Positions 50,872-62,680 of a DNA stretch of 64,000 bases are shown piece after piece. Numbering within the stretch: the first letter of the stretch is position 1; every line of letters starts with the position of its first letter. A program made the translations under genes and the position numbers. Source of the stretch: Geosiphon pyriformis uo1 (Eukaryota > Fungi > Glomeromycota); contig JAAOMT010000664.1 of the NCBI GenBank assembly GCA_016748015.1, positions 1,183,518-1,247,517 of the forward strand, in the 5' to 3' direction. The notes under the pieces were generated by a model that made no database searches, was not told where the DNA came from, and saw nothing but the letters and a program-made list of their open reading frames with translations.

Positions 50872-51857
50872 TGTTACTGGAGGTTTTTGGTCTCTTTTCT
50901 TGAATATTGTTGATGTTGATTTGCTGTGAATTCACGTTTCCAGGAAGTAGTTGAACCTCCAGTAACTGAATTTATCTTCAAAATATTTCCTATAATTTGA
51001 ACTGCTGGGCTTATAAGTGGAATGGCCAATTCCATGCCAGTTGCTTTGTGTAGTTACATTGTAGTAAACATCAACTCTTTTCCAGGAATTGCTCATCTGG
51101 AAGCTCACTAAAAATATGTAGTTACTTTGCTGTGAAAGTTAACTCTTCTACAGGAATCTTGTTTGTAGGCTACCCTAATAATTATAATAATAAAAATTAA
51201 AAGAAAGAAAAATAAAAGAAATGTAAAAAAAATAGAATTCTGTCAAGAGAAACGTTTTCTATCCAGGCCTGGAATCACTAACAGTTTATTAAAATTGGTA
51301 GCTAATCAATTTCAAAACTGTTTAGTAAGAATTGGTTAATTTCAAAAGGGAAATAATTAAGGATTTGATTTTTCAAATTATTTGATATTTATTTTGTTTT
51401 TGTGTGTAAAGGATGATTCTAATTGTTAAATCTCAAGTAAGATACATTTTCTCAAAGAGAGAAGCTCTTCTTTTATACAACTTGTCATAACACTATTCTA
51501 TGAACTTGAACTTTGCTCTTTTCTACAATTTTGCTGAACTAAAGATACATTTTGGTGAACTACAAGTTATTTTTGCGAACTATTAGATATTTCGGTGAAC
51601 TATCAATTATTTTGGCAAATTTCTACAAATTTTGGCAAACTTTTGAATGTTACATATTTCGGGATATTGCATGATTGATCATCACACTTAGGTTACATTT
51701 GTGTTATGTACAAATTGGGTTATTAATTAAATGATAATTTCAGACATTTTGCTAATGTAATAAGTGATAATTTGAAACGATAATATATGTTAATTAATGA
51801 TAAGATTTATAAGGGTAATTTCATGCTAAACAATATCTCTAATTTCATCTGGTAACA
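50872..51857 (-). repeat. 3' LTR of Gy-B copy 2
   Basis: Direct repeat of 59788-60773. Confidence 0.92.
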
Positions 51858-52596
51858 TAACCTCCTCCTCAAAACTGAGCTCCATTAAAGTCCAAGTACT
51901 GTCTGTAATTTCCAGATAATAATCCAAAATTATTAAAGAAATTTGGTCTGAAAATTGTTAAAATTTCAGTTCTGTAAGCTTTCCAATATATTGAATCTTC
52001 AAAGGCTGTAAAATTGGGTTTTGTAGGACGTTTTCACAGGTGTGAAATAGATTATAAAGTCTAAGAGCAGCTCTTAGTTTATAATGACTGTTTGTAGGTC
52101 CAGCTGTTGTTTTGAATTCATTGTAGAGTTGTTTCCGAATAGCTTCTTTTGTGAGGTTTGCTGCTGTAAGCTCCCATTTTTGTTTGTGAAGTGTTTTTCC
52201 AATGTAGAAATATCTATATATTGGAGTATAGTCATAGTTTTTTTTATTAAGACATAGTTGAAGTTTTTGTTGAATAGTAGTATTTGGTGGAATACTAATA
52301 GGAGTGAGCATTAAGTTTTCTCTTAAAGCAAGCTTTAAAAGTTCTGGCAAGTGAATTCCAGAATAACTTCTTGTGTTTTTCTTATATGGGTGATATTTTT
52401 GTACATTTGGGGCTAAATTTGTAACTACTTCTGTTTAGGTATAATTAATGTGATTTCCAGTAACAGTATAGATAATTTGGGTATTGTTTTTAAAGCTAAC
52501 ATTAGTTTTTGGGATAATTGTTGAATGTTTTGAGAAATAGTCATTATAAGAGATTTGAAAATAAAAGAAAATTATTTTTGGTGTATGGGTTTTTAT
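51826..52596 (-). pseudogene. Extra 3' ORF (ORF3) of Gy-B, unknown product, about 256 codons
   Basis: Includes track ORF 51958-52350. The two in-frame TAA stops here are CAA in copy 1, and the copy 1 stops I checked are sense codons here. The frame ends at TAG 51826-51828 inside the LTR. Confidence 0.7.
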
Positions 52597-52669
52597 GTTA
52601 TTTTGTTTTGTTTTTGTGAGATTGTTTCTAAATTACAAGAAGATAACTATAATAATAAATTTAAATTAA

Positions 52670-54042
52670 GTGTTCAAGTTGGGAGGTTGTTCAATAACAA
52701 CTATTGGTTCTAAATTTTGGGGAATATCTTTGGGATTGATTAAAGGGGAATGTGTACCAATTTGTGGAATTAATGGTTCAGGATTGTTTCTGGAATTATA
52801 GTGTTTTAAACGATTTCTATGTGCAACTTTTGCTAGAATTTTGTCATCAAGTCTTAGCTTGTATGATCCATTGTCTAAAACTTCATGGATAAAAAATGGT
52901 CCATTCTATTTATTTTAAAATTTTCTATTCCATTGTTTTTTAGCTTTAGTTTTGTGTAAGAAAACTTTGTTTCCGATTTTAAATCCATTGGTAACTGGAG
53001 GCAATTTGCCATTCTTTTTGTTGAGCTTGAGAGTGTTTAATATAAGTGGCTGCTATTTGTCGTTTTCCTTCCAATGTGTTAAGCAAAGTGTAGGCTCTTC
53101 ATTGTAGTGTTTCCTGGAAATTGTTTTTATCAATTGATTGTGCTGGGTATGTTTCCACTGTGAAACTAATTGGTAATGTTGCTGTCCTTCCATAAGTTAA
53201 ATCAAATGGTATGTGTTTTGTGGTATCTTGTTTTAGTGTTCTATATGCTAGTAACACTGATGGAATAAAGAGATCTCATTCTTGCTCAAAATTGGTTGAG
53301 ACTTTGGCTAATGATTCACACAATGTTCTGTTAAAATGTTCTACAAGTCCATTTGTTTGTGGATAGTAGGGCAAAGATAATGGTCTCTTGACATTAAATC
53401 GTCCACAAATTTCCTGGATTATATTGTTCATGAAATGTGTTCTTTGATCAGATAAAAGTTCTATTGGGCATCTATGTCTACAAATGATGTCTTCATAGAT
53501 GAAGTTTGCTACTGATTTCACATCTGCTTGTTGAATTGCTCTGGCATCAGGCCATTTAGTGAGATAGTCTACAGCTACTGCAATATAACGGTTTCTTTGG
53601 TTTGTGATAGGGAGTTGTCCGACTAATCAATACCAACTTGGTCAAAAGGCTGTCCAACTTTGATTGGATTTAAAGGTTCTGTAGGGTGAGTTCCTTTTCT
53701 TTTTTGACAACTATTACAAGACTTAACATATTCATAAATGTCTTTTCTCATTTGAGACCAAAAATAATATTCTAGTGTTTTCTGGGTGGTGCTGTTTTTT
53801 CCTAGATGTGCTGATGAAGGGTCTGAGTGCATGTTATATAAAATGGTTTCTTTTTCATGTTCTTGTATTAATCTGAATGGACTGTCTGAGTTTCTGAAGT
53901 TTTGATAATAAATAATGTTGTTGTGTAAGAAGTATTGTTTGGTTTGTTGTTGTAACTGATGTTTTTCATCTGGGGACCAATCTGTTGGGATTGTTAATGT
54001 CTCCAGATATTGTTTAAGATTGTTGTAGTTTTTGGAGTTCAT
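52670..54042 (-). pseudogene. Retrotransposon integrase (HHCC, DDE core, GPF motif; no chromodomain seen), Gy-B copy 2
   Basis: HSDPSSAHLG..CNSCQ; GID; LLSDQRTHF; PQTNGLVE; NGPFFIHEVL near the C-terminus. Confidence 0.88.
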
Positions 54043-54089
54043 TGTTTGTTGTTTTGTTGTTAATTTAATGGGTGTTGTTTTTATGTTCT

Positions 54090-55400
54090 AATCTTGTCTT
54101 ATTCTTAAGAGACAATCAACATTGGTGTGGAGTTTTTCTGGTTTGTGATATACAATGTATCGGTAGTTGGCTAAAAATCCTGTCCATTGGATTTGTTTGA
54201 CATTCAGCTGAGTATTTTTGTTTTAAAGCCATTTGAGTCCAATATTATCAGTGATAATATCGAATTCTTTGGGTCTGAGGTAAAGGTTGAAGTGATGTAG
54301 GGCCCAGATTACTGTTGCAGTTTCTAATTCTGTTGCAGGGTAGTTCTTTTTAGCTGGTTTCAATGTTCTGCTAGCATAAGCAATTATTCGTTCATTTCTA
54401 TTGTCATCTAACTGTGATAGGATGGCACCAAAGGCAGTATAAAAGGCATCTGTTGCTAACCAGAATTGGTTGCTGAAATCTGGATAGGCAAGAATTGGAG
54501 CTGTGGTTAGTTTTTCTTTGAAGATTTTAAATGCATTTTGGTGTTCAGCAGTCCATTTGTATTTGACGTTTTTGGTGGTAAGCTGGTTGAGAGGTTTTGC
54601 AATTTCTAAGAATCTTTTGATAAACTTCCAATAGTAGGAGGCTAACCCTATGAATTCTCTTAGTTCTGTAGTGTTTTGAGGGGTTTTGAAGTTTTTGACA
54701 GTGCTGATTTTTCCAGGGTCTGGTTTGATTCCATCTTTACTAATGATGTGACCAAGAAAGGCCAAGTTTGTTTTTCCAAAGTAGCATTTTTTGATGTTGA
54801 GTTTCAGTCTTGTTTTTTGTAATCGTTGAAAAACTTCTCGTAGGTGTTTTAAGTGTAATTTGAACAATAGAGAATAAACATCAGTATTGTCAAGATAAAC
54901 GACTACTGACTTCCAAAGGAGTCCTTTGTACACAATATCTATTAATCTCTGAAATGTTGCTGGTGTATTGCATAATCCAAAAGACATTACATTGAATTTG
55001 TAGTTTCCTCCTTGGGTTGTGAAGGCTGTTTTGGGGCAATCTTTGGGATTCATAGCAACTTGCCAGTATCCGCTCTTTAAATCTAATGTTGAAAAGTATT
55101 TAGACTTTCCAAGAGCATCCAACATGTCATCAATTTGGGAAAGAGGGTATGCATCTCCAATACTGATGCTGTTGAGCTGTTGATAATCAACACAAAATTG
55201 TATCTTTCTATTTTTTTTTTTAACTAGGACCACAAGTAAGGCCTATAGACTCATTGATGGTTGAATAAGCCCATTGTTAAGCATCCATTGTACTTTTTTT
55301 CGGATAAATTGGTGACTTTCTGGAGTAATTCAGTAGGCTTGTTGTTGCCTTGATTTGGCATCTCCTGTATAGATTTGGTGTTGAACCAAATTGGTTCTTT
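54090..55400 (-). pseudogene. Reverse transcriptase-RNase H of Gy-B copy 2
   Basis: FCVDYQQLN, LDLKSGYWQV, KTAFTT, MSFGLCNTPATFQR, YLDN (decayed YLDD), FLGHII, LATDA, YASRTL, ITDN. Confidence 0.93.
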
Positions 55401-55926
55401 CTAAGTCATTGTTGTTTTCAGTAAAGATATTGGCAAATTCTGCAATTAGCTCTTTATGCTGGTTCTGTTGTTGTGGTTCAAGTTGTCTCATGTTGATTTG
55501 AGATAGTTTTTCTATAACAACATGGTAGTTTTTAGAGCTGGGATTTGGGTTGATTTTTGGTAGTAAATGTCCAATAATTTCAGAAAAATCGGGGACTGTT
55601 TGGGGTAATTCTTGTTGAAAAATATTACTGTGAATAACTCCAATTTCTAAGTTATTTAATAAAACTATGAGGAAATTGTTGGAATTGTAAAAAGTAACTC
55701 AGATTTTCTTTGTTCCTTCTGGAATATAAATGTTTGGGATTGAGATATTATATTCCAAGCAGATTTGTTCATTGGACTCAAAAATTTGTTGTGTGGTTGT
55801 TGGCTTTTTACAAGTGTAAATTTCAGGGTGTTCTCCAAAGAGTGAAATGATAATTGGTTGTGAAAGTCGTAAAATCTGGTGAGATTCTTTCTGTTTATTG
55901 AGAGCTATGTTTACTAGAACTGTAAA

Positions 55927-56360
55927 TCATCCAGTTGAACCAAAACCTTGAGTTCCTCTTTTACTTTTTCCCAATAGTTCTCTTTGATTGACTAATTGTA
56001 AACCCAAAATGTTGATTAAGAGTAAATAAATGGCTTGGGCAATTTTTTCGGCATGTTCAATCTTAAATGGCTTGTCAGTTTTGTTTTGGAGTATTACTGT
56101 TATGTCACCAATATATCTAGCATTGATTATTCCTCCTCTGACATTGATTTCTTTGCTTGCCAAAGAAGACCAAAAGGCGATTTGAACTATTGCTTCTGGC
56201 AAGATTTCGAGAGCAATTTTGAGGTTGATTTTTGTGAGAGATTTGGGTTTGAGAATGAGAGTATCCTTGTTTGAATATCTTAAGTCATATCCAGCATCAA
56301 TTTCATGTGCTTTTTCAGGTTTTATTCCTTGTCCATTGTTGTTGAAGTATTTAAATTATA
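55927..56360 (-). pseudogene. dut: Retrotransposon-encoded dUTPase (degenerate), Gy-B copy 2
   Basis: AHEIDAGYDL, SSLASK, GGIINARYIGDI, KIAQ, KRGTQGFGSTG. Confidence 0.9.
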
Positions 56361-59300
56361 AGGCAGACTGGTTTTTGATGAGATAAATGGGTGTTGCTTC
56401 AATTTCTTCTGCTGCTTCAGGTTTTCCAAATTCAATTTCGTTCTCATTGTTTTTACTGGGCAGAGGAATGCTAAGAGCATAGCATTCAAGACACCACTGT
56501 TCATCACAAGACATAATGTATTTTTCACATAGCCTAATGTTCATTTGCTCTAATTGTTGAATTTGAGCTTCTTGGATTGGGTAAGTGTAACTTGCAATTT
56601 GGTGATAGACTTCTACTTCATCTTCATAATCAAATCCAGCTAATTCTATAATGTATTTAATGTATTCTGCTTTCTTTATTTAACAGACATCTTCTTTGGT
56701 AGCTTTATTAATTAATGCCATTGCTAGGTCGAAAATCATTTCAGCATCATGGGGGTAGTAATAAAGTTTGTTAAAAGCACTGTTGTATGCCACATTAAAG
56801 GGTGTTCCTCTTTTTACTTTTTCTGAAATTGATAAAACATATTGGCAGATCTGATCACAGACTCTTCCTCTCATTGCTACATCAATCCAATTGCATTTTT
56901 CTGGTAGCATATTTTCACAAGTCAAACAAGGAGTGTTGTCTTATTTTCTGCTTTTTTTTATTAGATGGCTCTATCGTTCTCTGTGGCAAGCCTTGCAGTA
57001 ATAACAAGTATGATTTTCATATTCTTTTTCAGGTAAAATGCAGACTCTCATTGAGGAGAGTTTCTTGTGGCAGTCCTTGCATTTAAGTGGAATGTAGGGG
57101 TGTTGTTTTCGTGGTTTTAGTTTTGAATAGGGGACATTCCATCTGGTTGTTATTGGTTCTTTTGTTTTAAAAGAATTATTTGTTAAAAAGTACTGTTGTT
57201 CAGTTTCATTGGCCCAATTGGAGGTTGATCCAAGTGTCATAAATGTTTCAATAATGGGCTTTTCTTCTTCTGGTTTGAATTCAAAAGCCGGGGCTTTTTC
57301 AGAGCATTTGTTGAATGTACCACAAGTGACAGGTACCCAGGCGCGTTGTCCTTGGTAGGAGATTGTTAACTCTTGTGTCTCCCAATTCAGATTAGCATTG
57401 GCTTTTTGAAGCCAATCATTTCCAACAAGAGCTTGGTACTGAGGTGTGTCCATTACAAGAACTTTGACTGGAATGGTGATTCCATCAAAAATGAATGGAA
57501 AATTGTCAATTTTTCCTACTGGAGTCTTTTTCATGCCATTGGCAGTAATGATTACTGTTTGAGCTGGTCGGTCGACATTTCTCTTTAACTGTTGCATTAA
57601 CTGGTAGGTGATGATACTTCCCATGGATCTACTGTTTAGGATCAAGCAAATTGCCTTTCCTTTGACTTTTGCTTCAGTGTACATAGCAGTGATTGCTTTT
57701 TGTTCATTGGTGGCTGCATTGCTAAGCAGGAATGATAACTCATTTGCTTCAAACTCAAAAAGAAATATGTCTGAAAGGTTGGCATTTTCAGCAATTCTGG
57801 CTGGTGGGATTGTGATAAGAATATAGGAAAAGTTTTGTTGTTATGCTGCAGCTTTACCTTTCGAGAGTGCAGTATGGTGAAAATCCTGTTCTTCAGGTAT
57901 TGTAAGATAGCTAGGTTGAGTATAATAATGGGTGGGTCTTGGCTAAGCTGGATTTCAGAGAACTAATTGGTTGTTCGAATTAATTCTATTGTTGTTTACT
58001 TGGTATCGGTTTTGTGGTGTAAATTGATTTTGCAGAATTAATTTTCAAGCAAGCACTTGATAATGTTGTATGGATGGTTGTTGGTATTGCTGTTGAATTG
58101 GCTGTGGAGCAGGCTGATAATAGTTACTTTGATATTGGGGTCTTGGTAGATAGTAAGCTGGTAGTGGTAGTTGATAATAAGATTGCTGTGGTGGAGGATA
58201 ATGTTGATTACTCCTATTTTGTTAGTCTTGTTGTAGCTTTCTGCAATTTTTTTTCCAGTGGCCAGAAATTCCACAGTAATGGCAACTCTGAGACTGGTTA
58301 TTAGAGAATGATGTGAAGTTGTTTTGATTCTGTCTTTAAGGTGGTTGATATCTTTGGAGTTGCTATTGTTGTTGGTTGGTAAAATAGTTTTCGACTTTCT
58401 TTGTAAGTTGGTCAATTTTTTCTTCAGCTGCTGAGCTAGTCTCTCCAATGGCTAAGTTCATGAGCTTTGTATGATTAGCTTTTTCCATGGCCATTTCATA
58501 TCTCTTTGCATGCTGAATGGCAGAGTTTAAATCTTCTGGAGCATGTGGGCAAACCTTTTTAATCAGTTTATCCTTTAAACCAGTAATAAATTGATCCAAG
58601 ATTTGAGCATCAGAATAATAATCATTAGTTTCAAGTTGGCGAATTCATCTGAGAAGTTTGTTGAATTTTTCAATATAAGTCATAACAGATTCGGAGAGTT
58701 TTTGTTTGATATTGCGAAAACAATTTCGAAGTGTAATTGAGGTGTTGTTATCAGTGAATTGTTCTAAAAAGGCAGTTTTGAAAGCTGTCCAGTCATTAAA
58801 AATGGTGGTCAAGTTTTCAAATCATTCGCCTGCTGTTCCTTTGAGAAAGTAGAGAATTATTCTTAACATTCTGGCAGCATTCCATCCATTTGCATTTCCA
58901 GCTTTAGTAACTTGGTCAAGCCATTCTTGGGAACTGGTCTCAATATCTTCTTTATTAAATTTGGGAATTTTTGCAATATAAGCTGTCATTTTGTCTTCTT
59001 TCTCATTATCTGTTAATTCACTTTTTTCTTCAGATTCTACTTCTTCTTCAATAGATTCAGAAACATTTTTTTTATTGGCTAATGTTTTAGAGTGTTCACT
59101 TGTGTTTTCTGCTAAATAGTCAAGAAAATTGGTACTAGTCTAAAGAGTTTCTTGTTGTCTGGTGGGACTTCTGGGTGATGTATAATTTTCTAGTCTTGAA
59201 AATTGATTTAAAAGTGAATTAGGAGTTTCTGCTTGTGCAAGTGAAGCTAGAAAATGTGTAATAGTGAGTGGGAGTTTTGAACTGGTTTCTTGTTCAGGTG

Positions 59301-59787
59301 TTTGTAAGTGTTTGGCAGTTGTTTTTGATAGTATTGGAGTATTTAAGGTGGTTTTTGAGTATTGTTTCAATTTTTGTTTGCCTTTGTTGCTTGTTTCTGT
59401 CTCTGATTCAAAGTCAAAAGAGTATTTAAACTGTACTGGGTATTTTTCTTTACAATACTCAATAATGTTAAAATTAAGTTCTTAGAAGTAGGTAGTAAGT
59501 GTTTTACTGTTCAGGTCTTCTGTTTCCAATTGTGAATAGTGCACTAAATTATTGTAGAGGTTGCTTCTAACTTCTAAAATGTTGTAGTTTCCAAAAAGAT
59601 AATTGTTGATGTGGTTTTCAATATATTGGTATACTAATTTTTTGACAACTTCAATTCCGTCTGGAATGTTGAATCTTTGCTTACAGTGTGTGTAAATTGA
59701 CTGGTAATACTCTAGAGTTGCTGTGTCTGGTGTAGTTGCCACTTTGAATTTGTTGTTGCTGTGTTATTTCCATGGGAGAGCACCAAA

Positions 59788-60773
59788 TATTGCTGGAGGT
59801 TTTTGGTCTCTTTTCTTGAATATTGTTGATGTTAATTTGCTGTGAATTTACGTTTCCAGGAAGTAGTTGAACCTCCAGTAACTGAATTTATTTTCAAATT
59901 ATTTCCTATAATTTGAACTGCTGGGCTTATAAGTAGAATGGCCAATTCCATGTCAGTTGCTTTGTGTAGTTATGTTGTAGTAAACATCAACTCTTTCTCA
60001 AGAATTGCTCATCTGGAAGCTCACTAAAAATGTGTAGTTACTTTGCTGTGAAAGTTAACTCTTCTACAGGAATCTCATTTGTAGGCTACCCTAATAATTA
60101 TAATAATAAAAATTAAAAGAAAGAAAAATAAAAAAAATGTAAAAGAAATAGAATTCTGTCAAGAGAAACATTTTCTATCCAGGTCTGGAGTCACTAACAG
60201 TTTATTGAAATTGGTAGCTAATCAATTTCAAAACTGTTTAGTAAGAATTGGTTAATTTCAAAAAAGAAATAATTAAGGATTTGATTTTTTGAATTATTTG
60301 ATATTTATTTTGTTTTTGTGTATAAAGGATGATTCTAATTGTTAAATCTCAAGTAAGATACATTTTTTCGAAAAGAGAAGCTCTTCTTTTATATAACTTG
60401 TCATAACACTATTCTATGAACTTGAACTTTGCTCTTTTCTACAATTTCGCTGAACTAAAGATACATTTTGGTGAACTACAAGTTATTTCTGTGAACTATT
60501 AGATATTTCAGTGAACTATCAATTATTTTGGCAAATTTCTACAAATTTCGGCGAACTTTTAAATGTTACATATTTCGAGGTATTGCATGATTGATTATTG
60601 CACTTAGATTACATTTGTGTTATGTACAAATTGGGTTATTAATTAAATGATAATTTCAGACATTTTGCTAATGTAATAAGTGATAATTTGAAACAATAAT
60701 ATATACTAATTAATAATAAGATTTATAAGGGTAATTTCATGCTAAACAATATCTCTAATTTTGTCTGGTAACA
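59788..60773 (-). repeat. 5' LTR of Gy-B copy 2
   Basis: Direct repeat of 50872-51857; PBS adjacent. Confidence 0.92.
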
Positions 60774-62680
60774 CTGGCCATTATGCTGAGAAAGAAATTA
60801 ATAAAACTGTGGTTTTGGAAAGCTATGGATAAAACAATTAATTAAATCTCTGTTTATTATATAAAAAACTCAACCACAAAACCTTTAGACAATCAACACC
60901 TTCAGATTACCATCATTGCGAATAGCTTCTGAGCATCAAGTTATGGGTTTGTTATTTGCTTTAAGACCCCAAGTAATTACCTGTAATATTTGGTGTTTCC
61001 TGTGAAGTATAATTCTATAAAGAACTAGCACCCACAACAATCATCCAAAAGTGGCAGAATCAAAAATCATAGGAGCAAACCATTTAGGATTTGCCAAATT
61101 CTTGTTTCAACAGTACAGCCAACAATTAGGATTAAACAATAACCATTTCCCAGCAGAATCAGCCTTTAACTTTTACGTCAATAATAAAATCACAGACTGC
61201 TTAGAAGGAACAGTTAATATTGAATCTGCAAGAGAAAATTTCTATACAGAATTGTTCCTACATTCCAGTTTACCAAGAAACTACAGTTTCGTACCAATTA
61301 TCAAAGAAATCAATTAAATTATTGAAAGATACACCCAACAACAATTTCCTATTACCTACACAGACAAAAGCAAAGGAAGATTGCAAACATTAGTGGTAAC
61401 ACCCAAAAAGATACAACCACCCACTTGGAAGAAAACTAGAATTGAATCACCAACCAATTCATTATATCATTATACATCAAAAAGTGCTATTAATATCTCT
61501 TTAACAGATGTATCCAGAATTTTGATCACCACTACCTCAACCAGATTTTGGAATCATGAGTTCATGGAAAGTAATGGAATCAGAAAAAAAAAAAAGTGAG
61601 AATCAGGAATTTACTTACCAAAACCCAATCCTAGAAAACCCAAAAGTTAAAACTCTGGACATTCAAACCCAGCAAACTCAAAACAATCCAAATCCTGAAA
61701 CAATTAATCAGCAAAACTTATCTCCAGTAATCATCATCGATTAGCCACCAATTAAACCAATTATTGAACCAATTTAACTGCAGCTACTTTAGCAATCTAT
61801 TCAACAACAACTTTAACTACCACCACTACAACAACAATAATCAATGGCTTACGCTCCAATTACAAAGATAGGAAAATTTACTGGCAAAGAAGATGATACC
61901 CAAATATGACTCAATGATATAGAAAAAGCCATTACAGCCAATGGATGGAATGATGACAGAGTCTTTTAAGCAATCCCCTATTTTCTCCAAAATACCATTA
62001 ACTCATAGTATTAAAGTTTAGCCACCAAATTTCAAACATTCCAGGAATTTAAAATTGCATTCTTGAGATATTTCAGTAATAATAACAGTATTAATTGCTT
62101 AGCAAACATTTTCACTATAATCAAACAAAGAGAAACTGAAGCAGTTACCATTTACTTGGGACACTTCTACAAGAACTTGTGCCAAATTTAAGCAATCTAA
62201 GCTGACTATTTTACAACACCACAGATTTTGAACCAGTTTATCCAAAGACTATGCAGTAGTCTTCTTCAATGCCTATAACCATTACATCCAGCAATACTCC
62301 AAGATACAGTCACACAGACCAAAGACTTTAAGTTAACTGAATTAGAGACTAACCATAGCCAAGCTGTAAAACTAGTAATAAACAGATCATCTAACTTGGA
62401 TTCCAAATTGAAACAACTCAGTGATTCAATTAATTACAAATTAGAAAGGTACTTAGCTGACAATCACACAATTTATCAGCTACTTTAATAATGCAATAAT
62501 TCTGGAAACATGAATCGCTCCCAAAATCAGTTGCGTCCCTCATTATCATTCACTCAGCCATAGCAACAAAAGACGTGTATCTGTCACAACTGTGGTAAAC
62601 AAGACCACTTAAGAATTGACTGTCATTTTTACAATAACAATCCACAATTAGAAAATCAATATTAAAATCCTAATTACCAG

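Larger units (their letters stand above)
50872..60773 (-). mobile_element. Full-length degenerate Ty3/Gypsy LTR retrotransposon, family Gy-B, copy 2
   Basis: The 986-bp LTRs are 50872-51857 and 59788-60773, with a perfect TSD CTGG (50868-50871, 60774-60777). PBS TTTGGTGCTCTCCC, PPT GAGGAGGAGGTTA. Domains: gag 59742-58200 with CHYCGISGHWKKNC, protease ORF 56971-57684, dUTPase 55927-56202, RT/RNase H 54223-55233, integrase 54042-~52670 and a 3' ORF. Confidence 0.95.
50235..62680 (+). mobile_element. Gy-A-type element (5' LTR + gag), LTR interrupted by Gy-B copy 2 and gag interrupted at 62681
   Basis: The LTR starts TGTTATTCATAGAA (50235) and ends CTGTAATA (60988), followed by PBS TTTGGTGTTTCCTGTG. 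Gag remnants: 61051-61317, capsid-like MAYAPITKIGKFTGKEDD (~61844) and zinc knuckle CHNCGKQDHLRIDC (~62582). Confidence 0.82.

Noticed and set aside
51826-52596. ORF3 as an envelope glycoprotein
   Set aside because: It is short and lacks an evident furin site, fusion peptide or C-terminal transmembrane helix.
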